Of a DNA stretch of 64,000 nt, positions 14,303 through 27,400 are shown one piece after another. The notes beneath the pieces were generated by a model. It did not search any database. It was not told the origin of the DNA and saw nothing but the letters and a program-made list of their open reading frames with translations. Both the position numbers and the translations under genes were made by a program. The number at the start of each line of letters is the position of its first letter. The first letter of the stretch is position 1. Origin of the DNA: Lama guanicoe (taxonomy: Eukaryota); contig MU053513.1 of the NCBI GenBank assembly GCA_013239625.1, positions 2,716,927-2,780,926 of the forward strand, given 5' to 3'.

Positions 14303-16583
14303 ACCTAATCGATTTGACTCAAGCTATGATAAATTCTATGTGCAGACTTAAATAATTGTCAAAAGGCTGTAAAATATCATTTAGAAATGAGACTGATATA
14401 ACTGCCCCATTTTTATGTAATCCTTAGACAAACAATTTAGATAAAAGTTCCCAATAATGAATTTAACACATTATCACTCAAAACTTGCCAGACACTAGGT
14501 CCTGTATGTGCTTATTTAGAACAATCTGGGTGCAAATTATTTATTGTATTCTAAAATTTTGCACTGGGTATTTTTACTCTTTCTACTCTCCATGGATTAT
14601 AAGTTCTACACAGGCATTTTTGCATTTTTCATTGCAGTATTCTTTAGTGTCTAAAACAGTGCTTGGTACATAGTAAGTATTCAATTATCACTTACTAAAT
14701 GATGGACATTATCTTATCCACAAGATTGGACAAAAGGATAAAGGTATCTGTCTAGACCAAATATTTCCCATGTATCCTTCTCCACTGCCCCTGCCACCCA
14801 CTCCCTCCCACCTGTAATTACGCTAATGTTCAAAGAACACGACCAGACCACTCATTATTTCCTAGAAGCATAAGACCAGAGATAAATACACAGTATTATA
14901 TTATAAACGTGTTTATTTTTTTCTTTATGCTTTTCCATTTTTAATAGGTTTGCTAAAATGAATTTTTATTACCAGTATGACACAAAAATGCAAGGAGATG
15001 GAATGGGAAGAAGATGGTACCGGGGCCATCCCTTCACACAAATCTGGGCAACATCTCTATAAGCATGGAGTCCAGAGGATGTGTTTCCTTTTTCTCTGTG
15101 TAGGTGAGGCACAAGCAACGTGACCTAGTTCACACAGTGACACAAGGGCCTGGGCAGAGATAAGCTGGGCACTTAGTCTCCCTGGATCAGGTCATGGTGC
15201 AATCTAGAGTTGCCCCATCCTCTGCAATTCACATGCGGAGCCCCGCTTCCTTGGAAATAAGACCACCGCCTCTGGGTGTTTAAAATACACGTGATGGATG
15301 CTGCTGAATGGCAACCAACTGCAGAATTTGTGACGTGAAAGGAGGCGGGTAACACGATGACCTGTCAGAGGGCTCATGTTGCCTTTGACATTGCAGCAAG
15401 TAACTGGATGCTTGTGAGAGGACCCCAAAGGCAACTGTCACACTCCGGGACCGGTAATTACTTTTAAAAAGTGCCTGTAGAGATTATCAGGGGCCTTGCA
15501 TGCTCCGTGGATGGGACCTGGCCAAGTGACTTCTAAGGTTTACTCAGTATTGCCTTCAGCCAGAGGTACAACTACAACAATGGAGCCTATTTCTCCACGA
15601 CTCTCCTGGCAGTGCACTTCTAATCCAGCCCCATCGATCACTGAGAAAAGATGACCCACTTCTACAAAACTTAGTTAACTTTCTGGGCTACGGTCTGAGA
15701 TCAGCAAAGCTTCTCTCAGCTGATAAGACAAGCAATTTCATTTTCCTGTCTAGTGACTTTAAGGTACTAAGTCACTACCTAGACTCGTGCAGAACGGTAT
15801 CTTCTTGTCTCTCTGCCAAGCGGTGAGACTAACAATACTTTTGACAAGCTGAAAAATTCTCTCGCTGCCTGCTGTGTCTGCAACGAATTTCCTTCATCAA
15901 CTAATTCACTAATTTGGGCCTTCTTGAGAACTCAGCTAATTTGTAAGGACAGGTGGCTCATTCCGTAAGTGTTCAATAAGGATTCACACATGATTACACA
16001 CACAGCGTTGCCTTAAAAACAAATGGAGAAATGTGTGTATTTATGGAGAAGCAAAAGAGACAGACAAGAGATTCTTCAGTAGCTAACATTGTGCATCTGG
16101 TGGTCTGGTAAAATTATTTCAAAAACTGGTGGAGGACGGAGTGGGGGCCCGTGACATAAGGATCTGAAGTTCTTGTCACACGGACAGTTAACTATTCTTG
16201 GGAACCTACCAAGCGGTGATGGCTGTGAAAACAAGCAAACTAGTCACAGCCTCGCTCTTATTTTTTCTTTATTCTTCTGTTTATGGATTTGAGTTCATTC
16301 ATCCACTCATGTAACATTTTTTGAGAACATACTTTGTGTTAGCCACTGTTTCAGTCAACTTATAGCCAGCTGTTTTCTTTTGTTATAAAAGGAGGAAAAG
16401 GTATGTTATATGGTAAAGAAAAATATCAGTCTTATTAAAAAATAAACTCAATTTTGAGATATTACAGGAATAGGTTAGAAGAAAATTAGTTCACATAAAA
16501 AGTTGCAGAACCAATCAACCCACCGGTTGTTTGGACAAAAAAGAAGATATTAAAAACAGATATTAAAAAGATATTTTAAAAAA

Positions 16584-18060
16584 GGAGTCTGGATCACAAT
16601 GGCAGAGTAGGAAGATCTTGTGCTTATGTGCTTCCATGGACTCATCAAAATTACAACAACATATAGAAGAACTATTTCTGAAAACAACCCAAAGACCAGC
16701 AGAACAGATTTTTTTACAACTAAAGATATAAAGAAAAGGCCACATCAAGACATGTAGAGGGGCAGAGACGCAGTCTAGTCAGAACCCACACCCACAAGTA
16801 GAGCAACTCACAAGTGCGAGGGATATCGCCACTGTGGGTGGAGGTCCTCCTTCAGGAGCAATGGGTCTGAGTCCCACATTGCGATTCCCAGCCTGGAGGA
16901 TCTGCATGAGATAAGCCCCCAAAACATCTGGCTTTGAACACCAGAAAGGCTTATGTCAGGGACAGCCAGAGGGCTGTGGGGAACCAAGACTCTGCTCCTG
17001 AAGGGCTCGCACAGACTCAATCTCTCCAAGTTTCAGTGTGGAGGCGGTGGCTTCAAAAGCACCTAGGTCACACGAGAAGGAGATTCATTGACTAATGTTA
17101 GGGCATATGCTGGAGGAGCAGGGATCTGGTGGAACTTTCTCTGGGGAAAGAAGCACTGCCCTTTTTTTTTTTTCCTCTCTGGTCTGGAGCTAGTAGTTTC
17201 CATTTCTGTCACTTACCATCAATTCAGCCAACACCATGCACCCTGCCCTGGCATTCTCCTAAGGACCCACGTAGGCCAGCCCCTCCAAAGCACCTTCCAC
17301 CCTACCCTACCTGGCAGACAGCCCTGGCCATCACTGGAGCTCCTCCAAAGCAACTTCCACTCCAGAGGGCCAGCCCCACGCCAGCCAGAAGCCTCGCCAG
17401 CACTGGCACCTCTCCAAAGCAGCTCCTGCTCTGGAGGGCCAGCCCCGCTCACAGCACGCCTGCAGCGTTTGCAGCCGGGCCTTGCAGCCAGCTGGCCTGG
17501 GGGCCGGTCCTGCCCACCGGCAAGCTGGCAGCAACTGAGGCCCAGTCACAACGGAAGAACCCACACAGGAGAAACCCCTGGACCTCCAAGCTCTGGAGAC
17601 CAGGGGGAGACTGTGCCACTGGGCCCCACAGGACACTTTCTACATAAGGACAGAGAGGCATAGTTGATATGCCTACTCCATGGGAAAAAACACAGAGTTA
17701 GACAAAAGGACATTAAACAGCAACATGATAGCTTAGGAAAGCATGAAACTCATTGGTGAAGGTAAATATATACACAAATACAGATTACTATATTATTAAA
17801 AGGATGGTAGATAAATCCCTTTTAATTCTAGTATAAAAGGAAAAAGAGAAAATTGTGAAAAATAACTATAAATTTGTATTAATGGATACACAATACAATA
17901 GATGTAAAATGTGATATCAGTAACATAATGTGGTGGGGTGGGGGTAAAAGTATAGTTTTCCAAGTGAAGTTAAGTTGTCAGCTTAAAATACATTGTTATA
18001 AGATATTTTACGTAAGCCCCATAGTAACCATAAAGAAAATGCCTACAGAAGTTTTGTAGT
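16584..18060 (+). mobile_element. L1 5'UTR joined to ORF1-end/inter-ORF sequence
   Basis: Start CACAATGGCAGAGTAGGAAGA resembles the L1 AAGATGGCGGAGTAGGAAGA motif; GC-rich 5'UTR to ~17700, then A-rich L1 ORF1-end/spacer-like sequence (catgaaactcattggtgaaggtaaatatata). Confidence 0.7.
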
Positions 18061-18072
18061 AGAAATAGTGGG

Positions 18073-18786
18073 TGTGATGGTTAACTTTATGTGAAGACTT
18101 GACTGGGCTCAGAGATGCCCAGATGGCTGGTTAAACATTATTTCTGTGTGTGTCTGGGAGGGTGTTTCTGGACACCTAGAAAAAACAGACAGCCTAGAAG
18201 AAATGGATAAATTCCCAGAAATATATCACCTGTCAAGACTGAATCAGGAAGAAATAGAAAATCAGTCATCAAAAAACTCCCAGCAAACAGGAGACCAGGC
18301 CCAGACAGCTTCACAGGTACATGTTGTCAAACATCTAAAGAAGAAGAATGCCCTAGCCTTCTCAACCTATTTCAAAAAATTAAAGAGGAAGGAATGCTTC
18401 CTCTTCTGGAAGAGATTAGCATTTGAATTGGTAGACTAAGGCAGAGGACATTCCTCAGCGTGGGTGGGCATTATCCAATCCTTGGAGGCCTTGAATAGAA
18501 GGAAAAAGCAGAGGAAGTTTTCATTCACTCTCAGCCTGACTGTTGAGCCATCAGTCTCCTTTACTCAGCACTCCTGTTCTTAGGCCTGCAGACTCAGATT
18601 GGAGTCTCCACCACTGGATCTCCAGCTCTCAGGCCTTTGCAGCACATCACCAGCTTTCCTGGGTCTTCAGCTTGCAGGCTATGGGGCTTTCCAGCCTGCA
18701 TAACTGTATGAGCCAATACCTTATGACAAATATATATATATATCTCCTATTAAGTTCCATGTCTCCAGAGACCCCTGACTAACACA
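18073..18786 (+). mobile_element. MLT2 (ERVL) solo LTR, interrupted by an L1 fragment
   Basis: Starts TGTGATGGTTAACTTTATGTG and ends CCCTGACTAACACA (TG...CA termini); 5-bp TSD GTGGG at 18068-18072 and 18787-18791. Confidence 0.88.
18173..18403 (+). mobile_element. L1 ORF2 internal fragment (no 3'UTR or poly(A)) inside the MLT2 LTR
   Basis: ORF 18146-18439 contains DSLEEMDKFPEIYHLSRLNQEEIEN, an L1 ORF2p segment upstream of the RT domain, followed by GPDSFTG-like DNA (ggcccagacagcttcacaggt). Flanked by TTCTGGA at 18166-18172 and 18404-18410. Confidence 0.8.
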
Positions 18787-18791
18787 GTGGG

Positions 18792-19650
18792 GAACCACTG
18801 AGAGATTTTAATCAGGCTGTGATGTGATTGGGTTTGCATTTTGAAGGAGGCCATATCAGAAGTAGAGATAGTAATTCAGTGAGATGATAATTAAAAGGCA
18901 GTGGAAACAGGGAGGAGTGTACAGGGAAAAAGGTAGAATAGATAAGATTTGGGATAAAATTGAATGTGGAAGACAAGGAAAAAGAATCTTAAATAAGTGA
19001 GATTCTGGCTTTAGGCCTGGATAGAAAGACGCCTTTCCTTTGTTTATTAGCAAGGATGTAGATCATCTTTGCCCTTCAGGGAAAATAAGCCAAGAACAAT
19101 TTTGAGAGAAAAGAGAGTGTGTTCAGCTTCAGGCAGTATGAGTTCCAGTTTTCTACAAGGGCACTGAAGTAGAGACATCTAGTAGATAACTGAGGTTTGA
19201 GCCTAGAGCTCAGCGGGCATAGGCTGAGAACGTGAATGTGTAAGTAGCAACTGAAGTCATAGGCATGCGTAGAGTCATCTCAGGAGTACACATAAAATGA
19301 AGAGAAGACAGCTGAGAAGAAAAAAATCCTGGGAAGAGTATTCCTGAATTAAGAAGAAAAAAATACACAGAAGGAGAAGAAAAAAGAACAAAAGAGATGA
19401 AAAAAGAGTAGTTGTCCCCAGGGCAAAAGAGAGTATTTTGATAAAGGGAAATGTGCCAAATGCCCCAGAAAGATAAAGAAAACGTCCATGTACTTTGGCA
19501 ACATAGAATGTCAATGGTAAATTTATTGGTGTGGGGGTGAGGAAAAACAGCTGTATGAGTTAAAGAAGTAAATGAAAACTTAGGGAGAGAAACATGGGAA
19601 GTACACACTTTTTTGAAGTAATTTAATATGAAGTATGGAAGAGTTTTACC
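18792..19650 (-). mobile_element. L2 remnant
   Basis: ggaaccactgagagattttaatcagg...gtttgcattttgaagg; gagttccagtt...agtagagacatctagtaga. Confidence 0.6.
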
Positions 19651-20203
19651 ATAGTGAACATGTGAAGGAAAGCTGGGCTGGGCTAACAAGATAACTCACA
19701 AACCGAAGTGTTGGAATACTGACCTGAGTTCTGCCGGACTAACTCGTAAATCTAAGTTAATTAGTGTTGGTTTGCTGATTCCCTGTTCATGTTTTTTTTT
19801 TGCTAGCCAGCTAGATTTTCCAAGAGATATATCTGGCTTTGGACTGTTGGTTTGCTGCCTCCCTGCCTCCACTTTTGTGATAATGATGCTACTAAAGCTG
19901 TTCCATGCCTATTGGCCGAATACCCCAAGCTTGTACTTTACCCTACAAAACCTCATGCGCACGTCTTGGAGGTGCTCAGAGCTTCGGAGCAGAAGCCCCT
20001 CTGAGCCCGCTGGTGTAATACATCTGAGTATTCCAACCCTCCGAGTGGTGCTTGTTTCTTGGCTGGCCTGTCGTTTCCGTAACAAACACAGGAGAACATG
20101 CAATTGAGGAAATAAAAAATAAAGAAAAATGGATGGAATTAAGTAACTTCATAGTAGGCTGCATGGACAAAAATCAACAGTGAAAGAAATAATTGAAGAT
20201 ATA

Positions 20204-20280
20204 GAAGGAAGGAGGGAAGGAAAGAAGGAAGGAGGGAAGGAAAGAAGGAAGGAAGGAAGGAAGGGAAGGAGGGAGGGAGG
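20204..20280. repeat. (GGAA)n-type purine microsatellite
   Basis: gaaggaaggagggaaggaaagaagg... visible. Confidence 0.95.
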
Positions 20281-20950
20281 TGAAATAAGGACCCTTGGTC
20301 TGAGGGTAGAGGATCCAAAGCATAGGTGAAGAATTGCCCATTACTATACATATATTTTAATGATATTTCCTAAAGGTTTATATTTTATAAAGATATTCCA
20401 TAAAGGTTTAAATTTCATATTGATTTAAGATGGACATTAATAGCTCAACCAACATAAGTACACACTATTCAGGAATGACTGAGTTAATGATCTAAATTAG
20501 ATCCACTATTTCCATAGTTCAGAGCATGGCCCAGCCCTCCTTTAACTTGGCTGCTTCATTACAGAAAATGAATTGCGTTCACATGCAGCCTCAGAGAGAG
20601 AATGATCAGTGACTTGGACCCCCTAGACATGACTGAGATACTAAGTTACTTGATTCTTGAGGAGAAAAGTAGATGTTAGGAACCGATTTCCCTAATTTTG
20701 TGAACATCAAATCCAAGAACACAGAAGTTTCATGGCCTAAAAAGAAACTCTGAAGCTAACAGCACAAGTGATAAAATATGGGTCTAATCAAAATGAGTCA
20801 GTATTGAACATTAAGCCCCGCAGCATCCAATTGCTCACTGCTGTTTCTGGTGAGAAATATGATATTTGGGGGTATAACCTAACTTGCAGCCAGAAATACT
20901 ATACAGGGAGCGAAGAAGGAGGAAGCAGCTCCCTAAGTGCTGTCCTACGT

Positions 20951-21069
20951 GGTCTTAATTGTAGTCTTATTAGGACAGTCATTTTTTTGTTTTTTTCCCT
21001 AGTAATCAGGTCTTAATTGTAGTCTTATTAGGACAGTCATTTTTTTGTTTTTTTCCCTAGTAATCAGGT
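20951..21069. repeat. Perfect 58-bp tandem duplication
   Basis: 20951-21008 is identical to 21009-21066, followed by GGT matching the unit start. Confidence 0.95.
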
Positions 21070-22354
21070 TTTCACATTCAGACTGCACTTCTCCTAAAGT
21101 CGACTTGCTAATAAAGTTGCATTTGCAACCCATATTAACATGATTTTATTTTGAAAGTGTCATTTTGATTTGCCTAGGAGTCTTGTTTTGATTTGCCTGG
21201 GCTAATTTTGCAGCAGAACAAACAGAATTTTCTTTAGCTGTCTCAGCTCACACAAGGTTAATTTGGCAGCCTCTGTATTGGGTTAAATAACTGACATGTC
21301 ATGTTTCTATTAATTCATTTTTGCCAGGCTGAAATCTATTTTCAAACTGGAATACTTTCTCCTCCTTGCATATACTGAACTTGTTCGGTACCAATACGAC
21401 ACAATATGTCTTGGAAGGAAAAGGTAACTTTTGAAAATAGAGAAACCAATATTTTGTTATTTTTGATTGTATTGTTTTTGCTGCCTTCACCTCAAACAAA
21501 TGTACATTTGGGCAGCTGAGGCAGTAGGATATGCTCTTCATTCATTTCCCTAGAGAATGGTTTATCAACTGCTGAGAAAGGAGTTATTTTATTCCACAAA
21601 ACACATTTCAGATCATTTGATAAGCGGTACTCATTAAGGGCCATTCTGTATGTCTGGGATGCTTCCCCACAGACAAGCCATCCCCTGGGGCAGTTTAACC
21701 CACTATTCTTCTCAATTTACCTCTAGGTTTCTAACTACAAGAACAAAATAAATTAAATTAACAAAATCCATTTGGAAAAAGAATTTTTTGTAATGGGTTC
21801 CAGGAAATGTTTAGGTAGGGATGAGTACGACTAACACTTCCACTCACACCCGAAATGACTGCTTTGACACACGAGCAAAGACACCCTTGGCAAACCTGGG
21901 ATTTCAGTCAAAGGCTCATTAATGCACCTGCATGCTAAGTAACGTACATTGTGTCAGTGTTTTCACTGTGCTTTCCATCACCTCCTCTCTATATGTAGAA
22001 CCTCAGTCTGCTATTGTTTGGGTAAAACTGCCAGTGTACGTGGGGTATGGTTGTGTGTGTCGAAGTAGGTGTTAATCTGTGCATTGGTTCAATGTAGTTG
22101 GGCTCCTGTGGAGATTCCAAATTACAGTGCGACCGCACAGGGTTTATAGACAACGCTCACGCTGGGACAGAGATGGTCTGCAAAGACAGTGCCAGGAAGA
22201 AAGTACACACAGTGATATGGAAGCGGGCTTGGGCACAAACCTTCCATAACATTTTTGTAGATGGGCTGTGGTGTGTTAAAACAAAGTGAAATGCTTAGCA
22301 TATAAATCAGTTCAATTGCTGGTGAAGATGCACAGGTGTCCTGGAATGAGTACC

Positions 22355-22500
22355 AGACTATGGTTAGAAAGGCAGGATTTGAATCGTGCCTCTACCATGT
22401 ACATACAGCCTGAGCTGGGGGCGAGCACTGAACCTCTCTGAGCTTCACAGTAGGGTATGATAACACCTGCTTCACATCGGGGAGAGGGGGAGCTTACAGG
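22355..22500 (+). mobile_element. MIR SINE
   Basis: ggatttgaatcgtgcctctacca...tgagctgggggcgagcactgaacctctctgagcttc. Confidence 0.6.
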
Positions 22501-23779
22501 ATGGGATGACATAATAGATAAGCAACCTCCTAAAGCCCACTGTGAGTTAAGGCAGGCATTCTGCCAGGCACTGGGGATGCAAAATAATAAGATGTGATTC
22601 CTGTCTTGAGTTTAAAGTGTTTTCTTCCTTTCTTTAATATCTAAAGCCTCTTCTCCCATTGTCATAAGACCTCAAGAGGCAATCATCTTATTTTCACCAA
22701 AGAGATGCAGCTACTAAGGCACAGAGATATGTAACTATTAGCTTAAGTCAAATAAAACAGATGCTCAATAGAGAATGTGTGGTCCTGCTACCTAACTGAC
22801 AGTCCCAAGCTTAGGAAGGCAGGACCTCACATTCCACAGACTGATTACAAATTTACACACCCACCCAAGACAGTCTAGAGAATTGTCAAGGTATGTAACT
22901 GAAACACACCCAGGAGAGACACACTAGGTTCTTGAGACCACAATATAAGGATTCATGGGAGATATCTATTTCTCATAAGTACGAGTTTGATTTGATTTGG
23001 GCTATTCAAAGGATATCCTTGAAATATCAAAGGAATTAAAACTGCAATATTATTAAGTACCTTCACATTTGATATTATTGTATCTGCCTAGTAGTGGAGC
23101 TTTAAGATGTTTTATTGTGTAAAAGGAAAGAAAGAAATGGCTTTTTATAACATTGTTTTGTTAGTTTCAGTACATCATTGGAAAGTCTTTCATTTTGCTT
23201 GAGTTTTTTCTTAGTAAAATGTCATAAGTAAGTAACAATTGGTACTTCCCCTGTTTCTTTGATTATTGTTCTCTTGTTGGTACCTTGCTTTGTCAGTCAT
23301 ATCAAAAGTAAGGTCATGATTGCTCTCATGAATATGCATAATTATGGAGTCTACATCAGCTTGCATAGTATATTAAACCTGGAATTGACATTCCACTCAG
23401 ATGTGTTATGGTACTGTGAAACATCAAAACCAGGAAAAAGAGGGTCTCACAGCTTTAAAAACCACATTTAATTTGATCCAGGCATCCCCTAAGAACAGTA
23501 CAAAATACATCTCTTCTGCTTTCCACATAAATAATCGGGAAATAATAATATCCTTTCCCTCCCTCTTTCTCTTTCTCCCTCCTTTTCTTCCTAGCTCCCT
23601 CCCTCCTTTCCTGTCTTCATTCTCTTCTTTTTTTCCTTTATTCCACAACTGTTTACTGAAAGTATGGGGACCAACTGTTCTGTGACAGAGTGGGTTCAAA
23701 GGATATGAAAATTTCACAGATAAGGCTGATAAATTTCCAAGCAGATGGGGTGAACTGGTCACTGTAATTGACTTAGAGT

Positions 23780-24310
23780 AGCACTGGTCTACCTTGCTCA
23801 GAGATCACTATGCGTGCTTGGCATTCAGCAACAAATAAAGCAGGTCTCATCTCATGCAGGGTATTTCCCAATGAAGAGAGACCAAAAATTAGTTCTGAAA
23901 CAGGGTAAGAGAAAGAGTGATGGGTAAGGCAAGGAGAAGACTCTCATTTCATTCAGGGTGGTCTATCAAAAACTTTCTGGTTGGGTGACATTTCAGCAGG
24001 GTGGCAGGAAATGAGGGAAGGAGACACAGGGTGCCTCAGGGGAGAGTGCTCCAGGAATGGGAAAGGTCCTGAGGCAGGAGTAATGGAAGGGCTGGCAGAA
24101 CAGCAAGACCAGCATGGCTAGAATGGAGTGAGGTAAGAGATGGGAGACCTGCTGAGACATGAAGAATGAGAGCTTTCACTCTGAGTCTGATGAGAAGCTG
24201 CTGGAGGGTTATTTACGTTTATAAGAAAGGTTCTGGTTTCTGTGTACAAAATAAACCATAGTAAGAGAAGGTAGGAGCAGGAAGACAAGTTAGGAAGTTC
24301 TTGCCATAGT
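23780..24310 (-). mobile_element. L2 remnant
   Basis: gaaaggtcctgaggcaggag...agaccagcatggctagaatggagtgag...gaagctgctggagggtt. Confidence 0.6.
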
Positions 24311-24381
24311 TCTTCTATTATTGGGATGTTTTGAGTATAAATTGCTCTGTACCTTCTAGTTATTAAGCCACACCCCTTTGA

Positions 24382-24467
24382 AAGCTACTTTATATAGCAA
24401 GCAAATCTGAGATGTATGGATGGGTGGAAGCTACTTTATATAGCAAGCAAATCTGAGATGTATGGAT
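24382..24467. repeat. 40-bp direct repeat with 6-bp spacer
   Basis: AAGCTACTTTATATAGCAAGCAAATCTGAGATGTATGGAT at 24382-24421 and 24428-24467, spacer GGGTGG. Confidence 0.95.
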
Positions 24468-27400
24468 AGACAGGTGGATGGAGGGATGAAGAGATAGAGA
24501 AACAGATATAGCATGCCACTATTTTGGCTCAAAATCTGGGAGATACCTCCCGTTTGGAATGTGGCTTCCAGGGATCCCGAGGGCACCTGCCGTTTCCTAT
24601 TGCTTCATAGCTACTATCCAAAGAAGTCATCTTTTCTTTCAAAATAAAAATCTTTACTAACCAAACATAAATACATACTTACTGATTGGTTCTAACTATA
24701 TCACAATACCAAACTCTCACTTGGAACAATAACCAGAATAAAATAGAAATACAACACAGCTCAAAAGTAGAAATACTTTCAAAAGAAAATCTTTTTAAAA
24801 AGGCCTTTTAATAGCCTTACGGTAGAGATAATAATTTTGAATTACACTAACGTGCTCTTTTTCTCTTCATTCCTTTGTGCACACCCCTATACTGTTCCAG
24901 AAGCATCCCCTGGCCCCAGGGAGGATGAGGACCGTTAGGGCAGGATTGCAGAGGCACACGGAGAGTTGGACATCCAAATCATTGGCACAGGCAGCAAGAC
25001 AATAGTTTTTAACAAATGGCTCTGTTGAAAATGAAAAGGATTTTCTAAAATCGGTTAGCTTCAATGAACACATCAAGAACCAGGCCTGAAGCACAAAATA
25101 AGTAGAGAGGATACCCTTTCTGACACTTCAGCTGGGGTGTGAGGCTAATTGTTCCAGGAAGAGAGACAGGACTTAGAGGAAGCCCATTCAAGAGAAGAGA
25201 AAATGGAAGGGCCTCTCCTCCCTCAGAGGAATTCCTCTGGGGGAAGCAACGGGAAGACAGTGATAGGGGAAGCTGATGGGAAGTCGTGTGTTTTGATGTC
25301 TCCTGGGGGAGAGGACCGCTGTGCTCTGGGAGGAGACTGCAGTGGTGGTCTCACAGGTGAGACCTTGTTAAGCCCTTCAGAATCTTCCTCTACTCATGTG
25401 TGGCGTAGAGGCTCTCCAGAAGCTTCTTCCTGCGCTCTGGAAGGCAGCAGGAGGACGTGTGGCAAGCTGTAAAGAAGGTGTGCTTTCAGCTGGAGTCATT
25501 TTGCTTCCAGCATGGCAAGTCCCTGTGAAGTTTACCCAGTGAGATCCCAGAATAAAGCACCAGCCTCATCAGTGAGATCAGAGGAGCCCCCTCCCCCTGG
25601 ACACTAGGATTGAAGGATTCCCCCTGTCCCACCCCCATGTACCCAGACACCATCTTTGGGAACAGGAATGGGGAGGCAAAGAATCCTGCAAAGGCCAAGC
25701 ATTTTCCTGGAAAGAAGTACTTTAAGTAGGAAGAAAAAGAAGAAACAAAACTACTGTCGAGGTGAAGTTTCTTTCCCACCTGGGAGGAAGGTGAAAGCTT
25801 GTGAGGATTGGATCAGATTCAGGGAAATAAAGACGCCATATTTACTTTGTATATTTGAATCCGGCACGTTACCTTTGCATCTCACCAGACTGGTATCACC
25901 GGTGCATCTACCACTAGTTTGACATTTAATCCAATCATTTGCTCTGGCTTTTGAATAATTATCTTGAAAATTTTCTGCAAGAATGGAGCTAGGTGATGTG
26001 AGACCTAAAGTCTATATGATTAGGGGAATGAGGGTCTTCCAAAAAGTAAAATTACAAATACAAATTAGGTATGAAAGTAAATGTTTAGACGGAACAAATT
26101 GTGATAAATTATTGGAGACCTGGAGATTCAGTTTCTTTTCCTTATTCCATGCAAGTGAGGGACCCTGACACCCAAGTTTCATTAACATCATGTTCAATCT
26201 CTGATCCTCGGTTTATCCCAGTACGTTATCTATTCTATAAAAACCTGTGATACAAGATTAAGTCTATGGTCTACTTAGAGGCAAATGAGGAGACCAGAAG
26301 AGGACCGCCTACTTCCTTTCTGCGAACGGCCTTGTGGTCGAGTTCATCATATGCTCACTGCCATCCCTTTTGTCTACTTCTCCTCCCCTGCCATGGGATG
26401 CTTAATGAATCCTTCTTGCACAAAAGGGAAGACATTTTTCCTACTCTCTACTCCTGGGATATAGGGAACATTAACTCTTAGCCAAGGTATCTTTGCAGGG
26501 GCAGAAGGGAAAAAGAACATCACTGAGCACCCTCATAGAAGCTGTGCTTAGATCCCTTCAATGGCCTTTATTTTTCCCTGGAGAAAAAATTTTGCTTCGT
26601 ATTTTTTCACAATAAAATCAAACAAAACATATATTGAACAGTTAAAGCAGTACAGTTGTCGCCACTGGGTAAATTAAATAAGACAATATATACGAAGTGC
26701 TTTGTAACTGTACCCTGCTAGATAAATGTAAAATATTTTTATTATTGTTATTACTGTTGTTATTATTTCTGCTGCTTTGGGAGATGAAAGTTAAATTGGT
26801 TACTAAATATGCCTAACTTTGTCATCAGGGTGTTGCTGGGACTCTGAAGTTCTAAGTATTATCTTCCTTGGAGGAATCCTGGAGAAAATTGTTCAGTTAA
26901 AAAGAGCAATATTTTGAAGAAAGTGCTGGAAAGAATCAGCATGACTTCTGAGATCCCTCTTGAGTCTCCAGACAAAAGGGCCGGCAGGCATCTGCCTCTC
27001 TCAGTTCGCCCCTTTGTCAGCACATGGAAAGCGATGCATATTTTAAAGTAGATGGACTACGAAGATGTAATTTCATCTCTGGCTCAGGGCCTAACACCCC
27101 TTCCTCCCTTTCCGCAGGTCTTCTGCCTGCCTGGCTTAGTGAGAGGGCTGCCAAACAAGATGGAAAACGGATTGATTTCCCATTTTGATACAGCTACATT
27201 GCTGGCTGCATTTTTCTTTAGTGGTGTTAGTTAAATATTTAATGGAATCTTAAGAGAAAAATTCTGTCTATGTAATGTAAACATATTGTTAGGTTGCCTG
27301 AAAGGGTCACCTCCTGATTAAGCTGAATGTCAGGAGTATCGATGGCACCTTCTCAGTATTCCAGAGGGGTGCCATGAGCAAAGCCCCGCACAGCTTTGGG

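Noticed and set aside
15748..15784. Small hairpin (TAGTGACTT...AAGTCACTA)
   Set aside because: 9-bp arms are plausible by chance in 64 kb and too short for a pre-miRNA.
17088..17663. Several overlapping long ORFs (up to 191 aa)
   Set aside because: GC-rich L1 5'UTR with few stop codons; low-complexity Pro/Ser/Ala products with no recognisable domain.
20951..24467. Direct repeats as a CRISPR-like array
   Set aside because: Each repeat has only two copies, with no spacer series or cas genes, in mammalian DNA.
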